Shown here piece by piece: positions 8,770 to 17,835 of a DNA stretch of 25,301 nt; position 1 is the first letter of the stretch; every line of letters begins with the position of its first letter. Origin of the DNA: Candidatus Aenigmatarchaeota archaeon (GTDB taxonomy: Archaea > Aenigmatarchaeota > Aenigmatarchaeia > PWEA01 > JAGHBM01); contig JAGHBM010000003.1 in the NCBI GenBank assembly GCA_021160955.1, positions 1 to 25,301 on the forward strand. The letters are read 5' to 3'. The notes below the pieces were generated by a model, which made no database searches, was not told the origin of the DNA, and was given only the letters and a program-made list of their open reading frames with translations. Both the position numbers and the translations under genes were made by a program.

Positions 8770-8940
8770 CCCCTACGGAGGGAACACATTTCCCTCCTTA
8801 TGGACATATCCTCCCTTTGTAATTTTGGGCAAACTGAAAGTTTGCCATGATATTGGTTGGGTCCCATAGTCTGGACCAATGTGGACAACCCAACCAAAAT
8901 TTAAGGGAGGGGTCAGACGGATAGCGGTTCCGCGCGGAGA
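8770..8940 (+). other. tRNA intron 3 (171 nt, T-loop position 59/60)
   Basis: BHB: U54-G57 (UUCG) pairs with CGGA 8935-8938; bulges AA|C and GA|U; outer helix is the T-stem; inner closure is only C8771-G8934. The body holds several strong stems. Confidence 0.85.
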
Positions 8941-8958
8941 TCCTGGCGGGGCTACCAA

Positions 8959-8978
8959 TTTTTATTTCTTGAATTTTA
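8959..8978 (+). terminator. Oligo-T terminator of the tRNA gene
   Basis: TTTTTATTTCTTGAATTTTA immediately follows the CCA. Confidence 0.6.
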
Positions 8979-9275
8979 TCACTTGTCATCATTCGGCTCG
9001 CTCAAAATTTCATAGGTGATTATCTCCGTGTATATCTTTTCTACGGACAGTATGGGAGTGATGATTCCATAGCTCATTCTCGAACCTTCAAACTCTCCCA
9101 TGGGAGCAGATGAAAATTTTTCATCTTTGAAAATAAACACATCAAGAAGCCTACCTTTTGAGAAGAAATAGACGAAAGGTGTGAGGATTCTCACCTCTTC
9201 CCATAGGTTTAATTTATCTTCAATGGTTTTCCAGTCATCGGAGCGAGAAAAATTATCATTAGATATCCTTCCCAA
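8979..9275 (-). CDS. Small hypothetical protein (start uncertain, TTG)
   Basis: 98-aa ORF with plausible composition; overlaps the 9209-9379 ORF in another frame. Confidence 0.45.
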   Translation of the reverse strand: MGRISNDNFSRSDDWKTIEDKLNLWEEVRILTPFVYFFSKGRLLDVFIFKDEKFSSAPMGEFEGSRMSYGIITPILSVEKIYTEIITYEILSEPNDDK

Positions 9276-9379
9276 CCTTCTTCAGGTTCCATTAAAAAAG
9301 TTCTCATTACTCTCAACTCTTTTTTCTTAAGGAATTTTTCTTCCTCGACGAGAAGAGCTCCCTCCAGCAAATAGACCAT
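9209..9379 (-). CDS. Small hypothetical protein (56 aa, MVYLLEGALLVEEEKFLKKKELRVMRTFLMEPEEGWEGYLMII...)
   Basis: Hand translation, below the ORF-track cutoff. The ATG lies 28 nt from a minus-strand TTTATAAA, the spacing expected for a leaderless mRNA. Confidence 0.45.
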   Translation of the reverse strand: MVYLLEGALLVEEEKFLKKKELRVMRTFLMEPEEGWEGYLMIIFLAPMTGKPLKIN

Positions 9380-9398
9380 AATCAATTGTTTGAAAAAA

Positions 9399-9407
9399 TT
9401 TTATAAA
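9399..9407. promoter_or_regulatory. Near-palindromic, probably bidirectional TATA box (TTTTATAAA)
   Basis: Reads TTTATAAA on both strands; starts lie at 9433 (+) and 9379 (-). Confidence 0.55.
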
Positions 9408-9432
9408 AAGCAACCTTTAAACTATTTTTGAT

Positions 9433-10590
9433 ATGAACAAAAAATATTTTTTTGGAATCAGTTTGAATGTATTGATTCTCGGTTTGGTTAGCTTCTTGAA
9501 CGATATGAGCAGCGAGATGATAATGCCAATCCTTCCCATGTTCATAACTGCATTGGGTGGCGGTAGCATAGCAGTTGGATTGATAGGTGGATTGAGAGAC
9601 AGTATATCCAACGTGCTGAAGGTTTTCTGCGGTTATTGGTCAGACAAGACGGGCAAAAGAAAAACATTCATCTCTTCTGGATATACACTATCTTCAGTAT
9701 TCAAATTCATGTTGGTATTTTCGAGAACTTGGGAACATGTACTTTTGTTTGCAAGCTCTGAGAGAATTGGAAAGGGGCTGAGAACTGCACCGAGAGATGC
9801 CATCATATCAGAGTCTATGCCCAAAAGCAAGGGAAAGGGATTTGGAATTCACAGGGCTTTGGACACCCTGGGCGCAATCGTCGGTTCGTTGATCGTATTC
9901 TTTCTCTTCTGGTTCTTGAAGTTTGACTTCAGAACAATAATCCTCATCGCTTCGATGATAGCATTAACATCTTTGATCCCGTTGTATTTCGTGAAGGAAA
10001 AAAAGAAGAAGCAACAAAACATCACACTCAGAGTAAGTTTAAAGAATTTACCAAGAGACTTGAAATTCTTTTTGTTGATATCCTTCGTATTTTATCTGGC
10101 GAACTTCAGTTACATGTTTTTCATACTTAGAGCACAGGAATATTTCACCGGGAGATACTCGATAGGGATACCGATCTTGTTGTATGCTTTGTTCAACGTA
10201 TTCTATGCAGGTTTATCGGAACCTTTTGGAGCGCTCTCAGACAGAATTGGAAGGGAAAAAATCATTGCGCTGGGATACTTGTTGTTTTCCTTGACTTCAC
10301 TTGGGTTCATATTTTCGAATTCCCTACCAATGTTTATGGTCTTGTTCGCTTTTTATGGAATAACTTATGCAATGATAGATGGAAACCAGAGGGCATTTGT
10401 ATCGGATATTTCTTCAGAGAAATTTAGGGCAACTGCATTGGGAACATTTCACACGACCATCGGCATAGCATCACTACCAGCCAGTATGTTGGCGGGAATT
10501 CTCTGGCAAATAAATCCATCAATAACATTTGCATATGGCTCGTTGGTTAGTTTGATTGCGGTTGTATTGTTCATTTACAAATTTTATTAA
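9433..10590 (+). CDS. Major facilitator superfamily transporter
   Basis: About 12 hydrophobic segments; [14 protein letters not shown] start; motif-A-like [11 protein letters not shown] and [11 protein letters not shown]; [14 protein letters not shown]. Confidence 0.93.
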   Translation: MNKKYFFGISLNVLILGLVSFLNDMSSEMIMPILPMFITALGGGSIAVGLIGGLRDSISNVLKVFCGYWSDKTGKRKTFISSGYTLSSVFKFMLVFSRTWEHVLLFASSERIGKGLRTAPRDAIISESMPKSKGKGFGIHRALDTLGAIVGSLIVFFLFWFLKFDFRTIILIASMIALTSLIPLYFVKEKKKKQQNITLRVSLKNLPRDLKFFLLISFVFYLANFSYMFFILRAQEYFTGRYSIGIPILLYALFNVFYAGLSEPFGALSDRIGREKIIALGYLLFSLTSLGFIFSNSLPMFMVLFAFYGITYAMIDGNQRAFVSDISSEKFRATALGTFHTTIGIASLPASMLAGILWQINPSITFAYGSLVSLIAVVLFIYKFY

Positions 10591-10612
10591 AAACATAGAA
10601 CAAAAACTAAAC

Positions 10613-11140
10613 ATGATCGTAGTTCTAAGATTGGGACACAGACTTGGAAGAGACTCGAGAATATCTACCCACGTGGGGTTGGTTGCCAGAGCCTTCGGAG
10701 CCGATGGAATTATTTATTCTGGAGAGAAGGACCAAAAGATGATGGAAAGTGTGAAGAAGATAACAGAAGAATGGGGTGGTCCGTTCGAGGTAGAGTATGA
10801 AAAGAATTGGAGAAGGGTGATTAACAACTTCAATGGCATCAAAATACATCTGACTATGTACGGTATACCTGTGCAGGAAAAAATCGAAGACGTGAGAAAA
10901 AAATCGAATGGAAAAGATTTGATGATTATCGTTGGTGGGGAAAAGGTTCCTGGAGAGGTATATGATATGGTAGACTACAACATTGCAATAACCAATCAAC
11001 CACACAGCGAAGTCGCAGCATTGGCTTTGTTCTTACACGAGTACTTTGAAGGGGAAGAATTGGAAAGGAATTTTGAAAAACCAAGAATAAGGGTAATCCC
11101 TCAAGAGCGTGGAAAGAAAATTAAAAAGATCAAGAAGTGA
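10613..11140 (+). CDS. trm56: tRNA (cytidine(56)-2'-O)-methyltransferase, archaeal SPOUT family
   Basis: Motifs [43 protein letters not shown] and [11 protein letters not shown]. Start moved to ATG 10613. Confidence 0.95.
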   Translation: MIVVLRLGHRLGRDSRISTHVGLVARAFGADGIIYSGEKDQKMMESVKKITEEWGGPFEVEYEKNWRRVINNFNGIKIHLTMYGIPVQEKIEDVRKKSNGKDLMIIVGGEKVPGEVYDMVDYNIAITNQPHSEVAALALFLHEYFEGEELERNFEKPRIRVIPQERGKKIKKIKK

Positions 11141-11144
11141 TCAT

Positions 11145-12071
11145 TCAAGAATTAAAAATTTTGTATTTCTTCGGAATTTTGACGGTTCTTAAATCCAAGA
11201 TTCCAACAGAATCCACAAAAAGTGTAACAATCCTCGATAAAATTAAAAAAGCTACGCCATCGCCAGGAGAAAGTCCCAACAAACTGAAAATCAAGGCACC
11301 GCCGGACTCACCGAGTCCCAGGGCATTGGGAGAGATCGGTATGAACAGGATTGCCGAGAGAAGCGGCTGTAAGAACAGGCAAGTTAGATATGGTAAATTT
11401 AATCCAATGGAGTGTATCAAAAAATAGTAAGTCATCCCCCAAAAGGTCCACCCAATGACATCCAAGAGTATCATTAGTACCGCGTTTTTAAACGAGACTT
11501 CTCTCACAGCTTTCTGCATCAGCTCTATGTATTTGACACCTTTCCTCAAGAGAGGAATCCTCAAGAATGCCCGTTTAGAACTTTTTGAATACAGAACAAT
11601 AAAAACCAACGAAACTATCAAAACAGGCATCAAGAAAGACAACAAAAAGTAATTTGGTATGGAAAACAAAAATGAAAAGTATATGAGGGATGCTGTGATC
11701 AAAAAAATCTTGGAGAGCATCATCAGAGCCATTACCAGTGAAACTTGTCCGACTTTTCCGCTGATACTCACGGATTCTTTCTTCGCAAGAGAATATGAAG
11801 TGTAAAAATATCCAGCTTTTCCCGGAGTCAACTGCCCGAGAAACATTCCACCAACATGAGAAAAGAATATCTCCTTGAACTTAAGATTTGATATGAATCT
11901 AAGCTTCAGTGCGGCAAGTATCTCGGCAACAAGATAAGATATTGAAGCGAAGATGAAAAATGAAATGTTCGTCTTCAGCAAGAGAGAAAATATTTTTTCA
12001 ATGCCAAAGAGATAGAGGACTAAAACGAAGAGAGCAACTCCAAGCAGCGAAGTGATAATTGTTTTCTTCAT
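11145..12071 (-). CDS. Lysylphosphatidylglycerol-synthase TM-domain / flippase-like membrane protein
   Basis: Polytopic protein with GQLTPGKAG and IPISPNALGLGESG motifs typical of this family; last gene of the glycosylation operon. Confidence 0.8.
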   Translation of the reverse strand: MKKTIITSLLGVALFVLVLYLFGIEKIFSLLLKTNISFFIFASISYLVAEILAALKLRFISNLKFKEIFFSHVGGMFLGQLTPGKAGYFYTSYSLAKKESVSISGKVGQVSLVMALMMLSKIFLITASLIYFSFLFSIPNYFLLSFLMPVLIVSLVFIVLYSKSSKRAFLRIPLLRKGVKYIELMQKAVREVSFKNAVLMILLDVIGWTFWGMTYYFLIHSIGLNLPYLTCLFLQPLLSAILFIPISPNALGLGESGGALIFSLLGLSPGDGVAFLILSRIVTLFVDSVGILDLRTVKIPKKYKIFNS

Positions 12072-12075
12072 ACGA

Positions 12076-13764
12076 CTACTTCCTCTTCATGTAGTACAAT
12101 GTGAAAGTCTTCCCGTTCTTTGAAACTGAATCATATGGTATTAATTCGAAGTTGTCGTGGAAGTATTTACATGGTCCGGATTTCCATGGCTCGGCGTTAC
12201 ACCAATACTCCTCGTAAAACATCACGCAATTGCTCTCTGAAAATAGTTTGTTAACAATTTTTGGATTCTGTGCATACCAAGCCTGGAGAGAATTCCTTCC
12301 GTTCACGAGAACTACACTCGGGACGTGGGTGAATATCCAGCAATCCTTGTCAAGATTATCCAATCTCTCCACTATGAAATCATGAGCCAATCTGGCATCC
12401 CAGGCCTTCTGACCAACTTCAGAGACAAAGGGAACGAACTGAGAAAATGCCAGCAACACTATGACGATTGGAATAGAGATTGAAATTATTTTATTACCAA
12501 AACGATCGTCTAAAAACTCATATATCAAGAGGCATCCCATTGCACCAAGAATTGATATGGGTATATATAGGTTTAGAGAAAACCTAACATCGACACCGTA
12601 ATTGAAGCTTCCCGCATAAAATAGTAAATACAAACCAAAGAAAGTTAAGAACCATACAACCAGAAAACTTTTTTCTTTCCAATACCTTTTGAACGGATAC
12701 AGACCGAGCAATGACAAAATCGTGAAAACTACGGGAAATCTTGTGTTTTCAAAGAAGAACATCCCATTGTCTTTGAGATTTTTGTGAATGTAATTCAACC
12801 CGAGCTTGTTGCCACTTGCCCCCCAACTTTCTGACTTGACAGTTTCAAGATGCAACAAATGAGGAGCAATTAAAACAGAAAACAAAACCAAAACAACTAA
12901 AAACTTCTTGTTGTTGAGCTCAGTAAATAATTTTTTGTCAAATAAGATGAACATCAAACCGACCAACAAAATCAAGAGAGTTCCCTCTGGTCTGATCTGA
13001 ATGGCATACGCAAGTGAAGAAAAAGAAAACAAGAGCAATGGATATTTTCTAATTTTAAAGTACGCCAAAAAACCAAAAAAGGTCAGTGCTGTGAACAGCA
13101 CGAAGACCGAACCGGCGGACGTCGTCGGTGCCCATCTTATATTTATCGGTATCAGAGAAAAGATCAGCGACGAGAACAGAGAGATCCTGTTGTCCTTGGT
13201 CAATAAATATGAAACGAAAAATACGAACACGATCGTAAGGGACGAAAGAAAAGAGGTAAAATAAGATGCTACAACTTCGTTCACTCCTGTTAAAAGGAAC
13301 AACAAACTGATCAAGAACGGATAACCATTTGGTTGCTTGTTGTAAATTCCTTCCACACATTTTTCAGTTGTACCGTAATTACACAAAATCGCTCTTCCTT
13401 CATTTTTGATGTTCTGGGCTATGTTAAGGTATATATCTTCATCGTAGTAGAGCCTGTGGGTATGCGGGGCAACGAACGTCCTGAAATAGAATCCTAAGAC
13501 AAAAATCAAAACCAAGATTACCCAAATTCTCTTGTCAATCCCATTGAACAGCTTTCCAATGTGTTTGAGACTGAAGGCAAAGGACAAGATAATTAATCCG
13601 AGAGTCACGCTAAAGAATATCGGTGTAATCCACATCAAGTTGTTCTGTATGACAGCTTTTGTGTACGTTGATGTTACGTAATTCGTAAATATGTGGAGAA
13701 AGAGAACAATCAGAGCTATTGGGATGAGTGATAGAATTTTTTCAACTTTTTTGCCTCCGGACAT
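12076..13764 (-). CDS. GT-C fold glycosyltransferase (PMT/ArnT, GT39/GT83-like)
   Basis: N-terminal TM, luminal YYDEDIY acidic motif, more than 10 TM segments, late RF motif. Confidence 0.8.
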   Translation of the reverse strand: MSGGKKVEKILSLIPIALIVLFLHIFTNYVTSTYTKAVIQNNLMWITPIFFSVTLGLIILSFAFSLKHIGKLFNGIDKRIWVILVLIFVLGFYFRTFVAPHTHRLYYDEDIYLNIAQNIKNEGRAILCNYGTTEKCVEGIYNKQPNGYPFLISLLFLLTGVNEVVASYFTSFLSSLTIVFVFFVSYLLTKDNRISLFSSLIFSLIPINIRWAPTTSAGSVFVLFTALTFFGFLAYFKIRKYPLLLFSFSSLAYAIQIRPEGTLLILLVGLMFILFDKKLFTELNNKKFLVVLVLFSVLIAPHLLHLETVKSESWGASGNKLGLNYIHKNLKDNGMFFFENTRFPVVFTILSLLGLYPFKRYWKEKSFLVVWFLTFFGLYLLFYAGSFNYGVDVRFSLNLYIPISILGAMGCLLIYEFLDDRFGNKIISISIPIVIVLLAFSQFVPFVSEVGQKAWDARLAHDFIVERLDNLDKDCWIFTHVPSVVLVNGRNSLQAWYAQNPKIVNKLFSESNCVMFYEEYWCNAEPWKSGPCKYFHDNFELIPYDSVSKNGKTFTLYYMKRK

Positions 13765-13769
13765 TTAAA

Positions 13770-15458
13770 TCACTTCAACTGAACAAAGAAATTCTCAGCC
13801 GCGAGATATTTGTTTCCAGTCTTAAGCATCACATTGACCACGTCTTCAGGAGTGTTCACGATAGGATAACCATGCAAATTCAAACTCGTGTTGAGGACGG
13901 CACCTACTCCCGTATTCTTCTTTATCCTCTCCAGTATCTTTCTGTACCTGGGGTTCTCATCGGTAAGCATCTGTGGTCTTGCCGAACCGTCAACGTTTAT
14001 GACCGCTGCCATTTTCTTCCTCATTCTTTCCTTTACCATAAAGCCCATGGTCATGAACCTTTCTATGTAGTCAAAATCGGAGAATAATTTCTTTACCTCC
14101 TCCGCAAGTACACTTGGGCAAAATGGTTGATACCAAACCCTTCTCTTTATCTTCAAATTCAGGTCATCTTTGGCTTTCAACGAATCTGCCGGAGCGAGAA
14201 TACTCCTATTTCCAAGGGCACGTGGACCGAACTCCATCCTTCCTTGGTAGAGGAATACTATCTCACCACTGGACACCAAGTCACCAACCCGCCTATGTAT
14301 GTTCTTATCATACTCGTAAACAAGCTTATCCTTGTGTCTTTTGAGGACACTCTCTATTTCATTTTCAGAATAATCTGGACCAAAGTAAACATCTTTGAAG
14401 TTATACTTCCATAACCCAAATTTCTCATAATTCAAATACAGAGCAGCCCCAAGAGCCAATCCACCGTCGCCCATGTGAGGAAATACGAACCACTTGTCAA
14501 CTTCTGGAAGATGTCTTATTTCCATGTTGGCCTTTATGTTTGATGCCACACCGCCTGACCATGCAACGTCGTGAAGACCGGTTTCTTTTATCGAGTTTTT
14601 GAACAACTCTATGAGTTTTCTCTTGAGAGTCTCCTGAGCCATCCAAGCAAACTCCTCGGGAGGAGTGTGCCAAAGAATTTTTTTCAACTCCTTCCACATT
14701 CTCGTGGAACTGTATTTTGCTTTTAAGTCCATGCCCCTCACTTCAAAGAAGTCCAGCATTTCATTCTTTTCGTCCGGGATGGAATAAGCGAAATCAGAGA
14801 GAGCCATAACTTTTCCTTCGTCCTCGAGCTCCCTCATGCCCATTAAATTAGTGACATGCTCAAAAAATATTCCGAGGGAATGTCTCGATGATATGGACGA
14901 AATCCTTTCAATTTCTCCATGATCAAATATGTTCACACTTCCAGACAAACCATCGCCAACGCCATCTACCGTGATGACGAGGGACTTCTTCATGCCGGAG
15001 CAGTATCCCGCACCTGCCGCGTGTGCCAAATGATGATCCACGATTTTCAGCTCGAAATCTTTGAAACCCATTTTTTTAAGTTCTTTTCTAAGCAACCACT
15101 CGCTGATCTTTCTGGTTGGATAACTCGGACCAAATTCAGTGAGCTTGTATTTCAAGTCCTTTCTCCACTGGGCAAACCTTGGATATATTTTTCTTCTCCT
15201 CAGAAGATAGTACTTGTCCTTCATGGAAGGAAAAATTCTTGTGAGAGTTTTAGAAAAATCGGAGGTGCACGCCGCAACTATATCTATGTCCTCGGGTTTG
15301 ATGTTGAGATAGTCGAGACACGCCTTTATAGATTCCCTTGGAAATCCCACGTCCAGCTTCCTACGAGTTACCCTTTCTTCGTTGATGGCAACTCTTATCT
15401 TGTTGTCTTCCACAATTGCAGCACCAGCATCGTGTCCATCCCATATTCCTAAAATCAT
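13770..15458 (-). CDS. O-carbamoyltransferase, CmcH/NodU/TobZ family
   Basis: Motifs DGHDAGAA, NEERVTRRK, DHHLAHA, DGVGDG, EGKVMAL, SGGVASNIKAN, GRMEFGPRALGNRSIL, QPFCPSV, DGSARPQ and LNTSLN. Start moved to ATG 15458 (GGAGGT SD). Confidence 0.93.
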   Translation of the reverse strand: MILGIWDGHDAGAAIVEDNKIRVAINEERVTRRKLDVGFPRESIKACLDYLNIKPEDIDIVAACTSDFSKTLTRIFPSMKDKYYLLRRRKIYPRFAQWRKDLKYKLTEFGPSYPTRKISEWLLRKELKKMGFKDFELKIVDHHLAHAAGAGYCSGMKKSLVITVDGVGDGLSGSVNIFDHGEIERISSISSRHSLGIFFEHVTNLMGMRELEDEGKVMALSDFAYSIPDEKNEMLDFFEVRGMDLKAKYSSTRMWKELKKILWHTPPEEFAWMAQETLKRKLIELFKNSIKETGLHDVAWSGGVASNIKANMEIRHLPEVDKWFVFPHMGDGGLALGAALYLNYEKFGLWKYNFKDVYFGPDYSENEIESVLKRHKDKLVYEYDKNIHRRVGDLVSSGEIVFLYQGRMEFGPRALGNRSILAPADSLKAKDDLNLKIKRRVWYQPFCPSVLAEEVKKLFSDFDYIERFMTMGFMVKERMRKKMAAVINVDGSARPQMLTDENPRYRKILERIKKNTGVGAVLNTSLNLHGYPIVNTPEDVVNVMLKTGNKYLAAENFFVQLK

Positions 15459-15479
15459 TCTACCTCCCATAAAAATCAC

Positions 15480-16199
15480 TCAACACAACTCAAATAGATT
15501 TCTATTCTTAAAAATTCTCATTCTCAAAATTATTAGATTCAGAAACATATTTAAAGCATCTCTTAAAGTGTTCACTTTGGTTTCTTCACTCTCTTTCCAT
15601 TCCACGGGAAACTCCTTGACACGATAGCCACACCTTTGTGCCAAGACCAATATCTCTGTGTCCCAGAACCAGTGGTTGAATTTGGACAACTTGTTGAGCC
15701 TGAGTACGACATCCCTCTTGAATCCTTTGAAACCACATTGATGATCGTGAACCTTAGAATTGAGTACGAACCTCACCAAGAGATTATAGACAGAGCTTAA
15801 AAGCCTTCTCTTCAATGTCCTGTTGGCCATGCTTTTTTTCATGTAACGGGAACCGGTCACAACATCGTAATTTTTGAGGTAGTTGATCAAATCTCTTAAG
15901 GATTCTAAACTCGTCGCGAGATCTATATCCATGTATGCCACGTAGTTACCTTCAGCTCTACGAAATGCTATTTTGAGTGCACGCCCTCGACCCAACCTAT
16001 GTGGATGGTGAAAAAATCTCACATTGTCATATTTCTTGCTCAATTCCAATCCTATCTCGTAAGTTCTATCGGTGCTTCCATCCTCAGCAATTATTATTTC
16101 ATAATCAATACCAAGTCGCTCTAACCGATCCATGAGTACCTTTACGTTCTTTTTCAGATTCTTTTCTTCATTGTAGACAGGCAAGACCACAGAGAACAT
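15480..16199 (-). CDS. GT2 family, dolichyl/polyprenyl-phosphate sugar synthase-like
   Basis: Motifs VVLPVYNE, AEDGSTD, YMDID (DxD), VTGSRY, DHQCGFKGF and WFWDTEIL. Confidence 0.9.
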   Translation of the reverse strand: MFSVVLPVYNEEKNLKKNVKVLMDRLERLGIDYEIIIAEDGSTDRTYEIGLELSKKYDNVRFFHHPHRLGRGRALKIAFRRAEGNYVAYMDIDLATSLESLRDLINYLKNYDVVTGSRYMKKSMANRTLKRRLLSSVYNLLVRFVLNSKVHDHQCGFKGFKRDVVLRLNKLSKFNHWFWDTEILVLAQRCGYRVKEFPVEWKESEETKVNTLRDALNMFLNLIILRMRIFKNRNLFELC

Positions 16200-16216
16200 T
16201 TAACCACACTATGGTT

Positions 16217-17833
16217 TTAGGGAATATAGTATATTTTCATATGGGATCCTCTGTAACTGGTTATATCTTTATCATCCTCGTAGAGAAGTCTCCAGCTCTC
16301 TGGTATTTTCTTGGGTTGCATATCCTCTATGCAGCATATCCCAACAGTTCTGGAACCTCCAACTATCGCATACGAATCTCTTATATTTTTCAACTTATGA
16401 TATTCTTTGGGTATAACAAATATTTTTGTTGAGTCATCAAATCCATGGTAATACTTCAAAAATTCTACGCAAATAGTATCGCAATAAATCGGCTTCTTAG
16501 GATAATTGCCTAAAAAAATGTATGCATCTTTAATATCACTGGTTACGTCCTTTAATTCGTTGGCACTCAAACTAACGTAATGGATCGATGTTAGAGCAAT
16601 AACCAGAATTATAACAAAAGGGAAAATCTTTCCTCCCAAGAACTTCTTCAGAGAAAATAAAAAATAGCTCAATATCAAAGCAGACGGTATGGTTATTATC
16701 ATCATGTATCGGTCATGCTTTTGTAATACCCAGTAATTCAATACATGTGAACCATCTACTGTGACAGAATTAAAACCAAATTCAAGCCACAAAAACAAAA
16801 CTAATAACCAAATCAACAACACGTCTACATTTCTATCCCTGAATATCACAAAATATAGGATGGAAAGTAGAACAAAAGAATAATAGATCCAGATCCTTGG
16901 ATAAAAATATTCTACAGGAATTGGATAACCCAAAATATACTTCGTATAAAAAAGAGGAGAACTTTCATTGTAACGAAGCTTCAAAAAATTTGAAATAGTT
17001 ATATCCTGAGAAGGTTCATAGATATGTTTTGATTTAATCATGCCATGATCCACTACCTCTCTCAAAAAGAAATGACCAGTAACCGATTGGTAAAATAGAC
17101 CCTCTAATAGAAATATTACTAGAAATGAACCAAAAAACAACACATGATATTTGTGAATTTTTCTCTTGTATAAAAGATACACTATGACTACACCGAATAG
17201 GGTAATTGCGGTTATCTTGGTTAGATATGCCAGACCCAATACCAACCCAGAGAGTACATAATATTTTTCAACTCCCCTTCCATTGAGTTTACCACTTTCC
17301 ATCCGTTTTTCTCCCATTAAGAACAAAAGAAATGATAAACCCATAAAAAATGTTAATGGTATATCTATAGAAACCCTGGTGGAATACAAAAGATCAAGAG
17401 GTAATATGGATATTAAAAAAGCCGAGAGCAATCCGACATATTTGTTAAATAAGATGTTTCCGAGAAAATAACTGACTATTATTATTCCCTGAAAACATAA
17501 GATTACCCAAAGGACCGTAGAAAAATCGTTGATACCAAATACATACCAGAATAGAGACATTGGAAACAAAAAGGCGGGCCTAAACAAAAATGCCTCAGAC
17601 GGATCATGTAATCCATTGGAAGGCAACGACTTGTAAAAATGGGGCAGATTCTCTATGAAAGTTCCCTCATACATCATATAGCTATCACGTATGTACATTC
17701 CTTCATCGCTTGGGTGTGCAGTGTATCCTATGAAGAAATTAGCCTGAAGAAAAAGAGCAAACAACATTATCAACACTAAGAGAAATGTAGGACTCTTTAA
17801 TATTTTGTGTACATCATATTTCTTCCTTTTCAT
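16217..17833 (-). CDS. GT-C fold glycosyltransferase (PMT/ArnT-like)
   Basis: PSDEGMY acidic motif, GLAYLTK, many TM segments, HDRYMMII. Confidence 0.8.
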   Translation of the reverse strand: MKRKKYDVHKILKSPTFLLVLIMLFALFLQANFFIGYTAHPSDEGMYIRDSYMMYEGTFIENLPHFYKSLPSNGLHDPSEAFLFRPAFLFPMSLFWYVFGINDFSTVLWVILCFQGIIIVSYFLGNILFNKYVGLLSAFLISILPLDLLYSTRVSIDIPLTFFMGLSFLLFLMGEKRMESGKLNGRGVEKYYVLSGLVLGLAYLTKITAITLFGVVIVYLLYKRKIHKYHVLFFGSFLVIFLLEGLFYQSVTGHFFLREVVDHGMIKSKHIYEPSQDITISNFLKLRYNESSPLFYTKYILGYPIPVEYFYPRIWIYYSFVLLSILYFVIFRDRNVDVLLIWLLVLFLWLEFGFNSVTVDGSHVLNYWVLQKHDRYMMIITIPSALILSYFLFSLKKFLGGKIFPFVIILVIALTSIHYVSLSANELKDVTSDIKDAYIFLGNYPKKPIYCDTICVEFLKYYHGFDDSTKIFVIPKEYHKLKNIRDSYAIVGGSRTVGICCIEDMQPKKIPESWRLLYEDDKDITSYRGSHMKIYYIP

Positions 17834-17835
17834 AA

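Larger units (their letters stand above)
8590..8957 (+). tRNA. tRNA-Gln(UUG) with three introns; exons 8590-8604, 8686-8708, 8749-8769, 8941-8957
   Basis: Joined exons give 76 nt: AGCCCCGTAGTCTAG|TGGCCAAGGATGCCGGGCTTTGG|ACCCGGTGACCCAGGTTCGAA|TCCTGGCGGGGCTACCA. Acceptor stem 7/7 with A1-U72 (the archaeal Gln/GatDE determinant), D-stem GUCU/GGAU, anticodon stem CCGGG/CCCGG, loop CU-UUG-GA, T-stem CCAGG/CCUGG, TTCGAAT loop and encoded CCA. Confidence 0.93.

Noticed and set aside
8834-8853. C/D box guide RNA in intron 3 (CTGA followed by ATGATAT)
   Set aside because: The CTGA is buried in a strong hairpin, and there are no convincing terminal C and D boxes at guide-length spacing.
8590-8957. RNase P RNA or SRP RNA as the identity of the GC-rich structured island
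   Set aside because: No RNase P P4 motif or SRP helix-8 motif was found, and the ends and internal pieces rebuild a complete tRNA-Gln.
8449-8992. Minus-strand ORFs 8449-8685, 8601-8897, 8773-8958 and 8798-8992
   Set aside because: They are antisense to the tRNA gene, have atypical composition and show no motifs.
8590-9379. tRNA used as an integration site for a mobile element
   Set aside because: No integrase, and no duplicated tRNA 3' end (att site), in the window.
10613-11140. Functional linkage of aTrm56 to the T-loop intron (C56 lies in its BHB helix)
   Set aside because: aTrm56 is a near-universal archaeal gene, and proximity of about 1.7 kb alone is not evidence.
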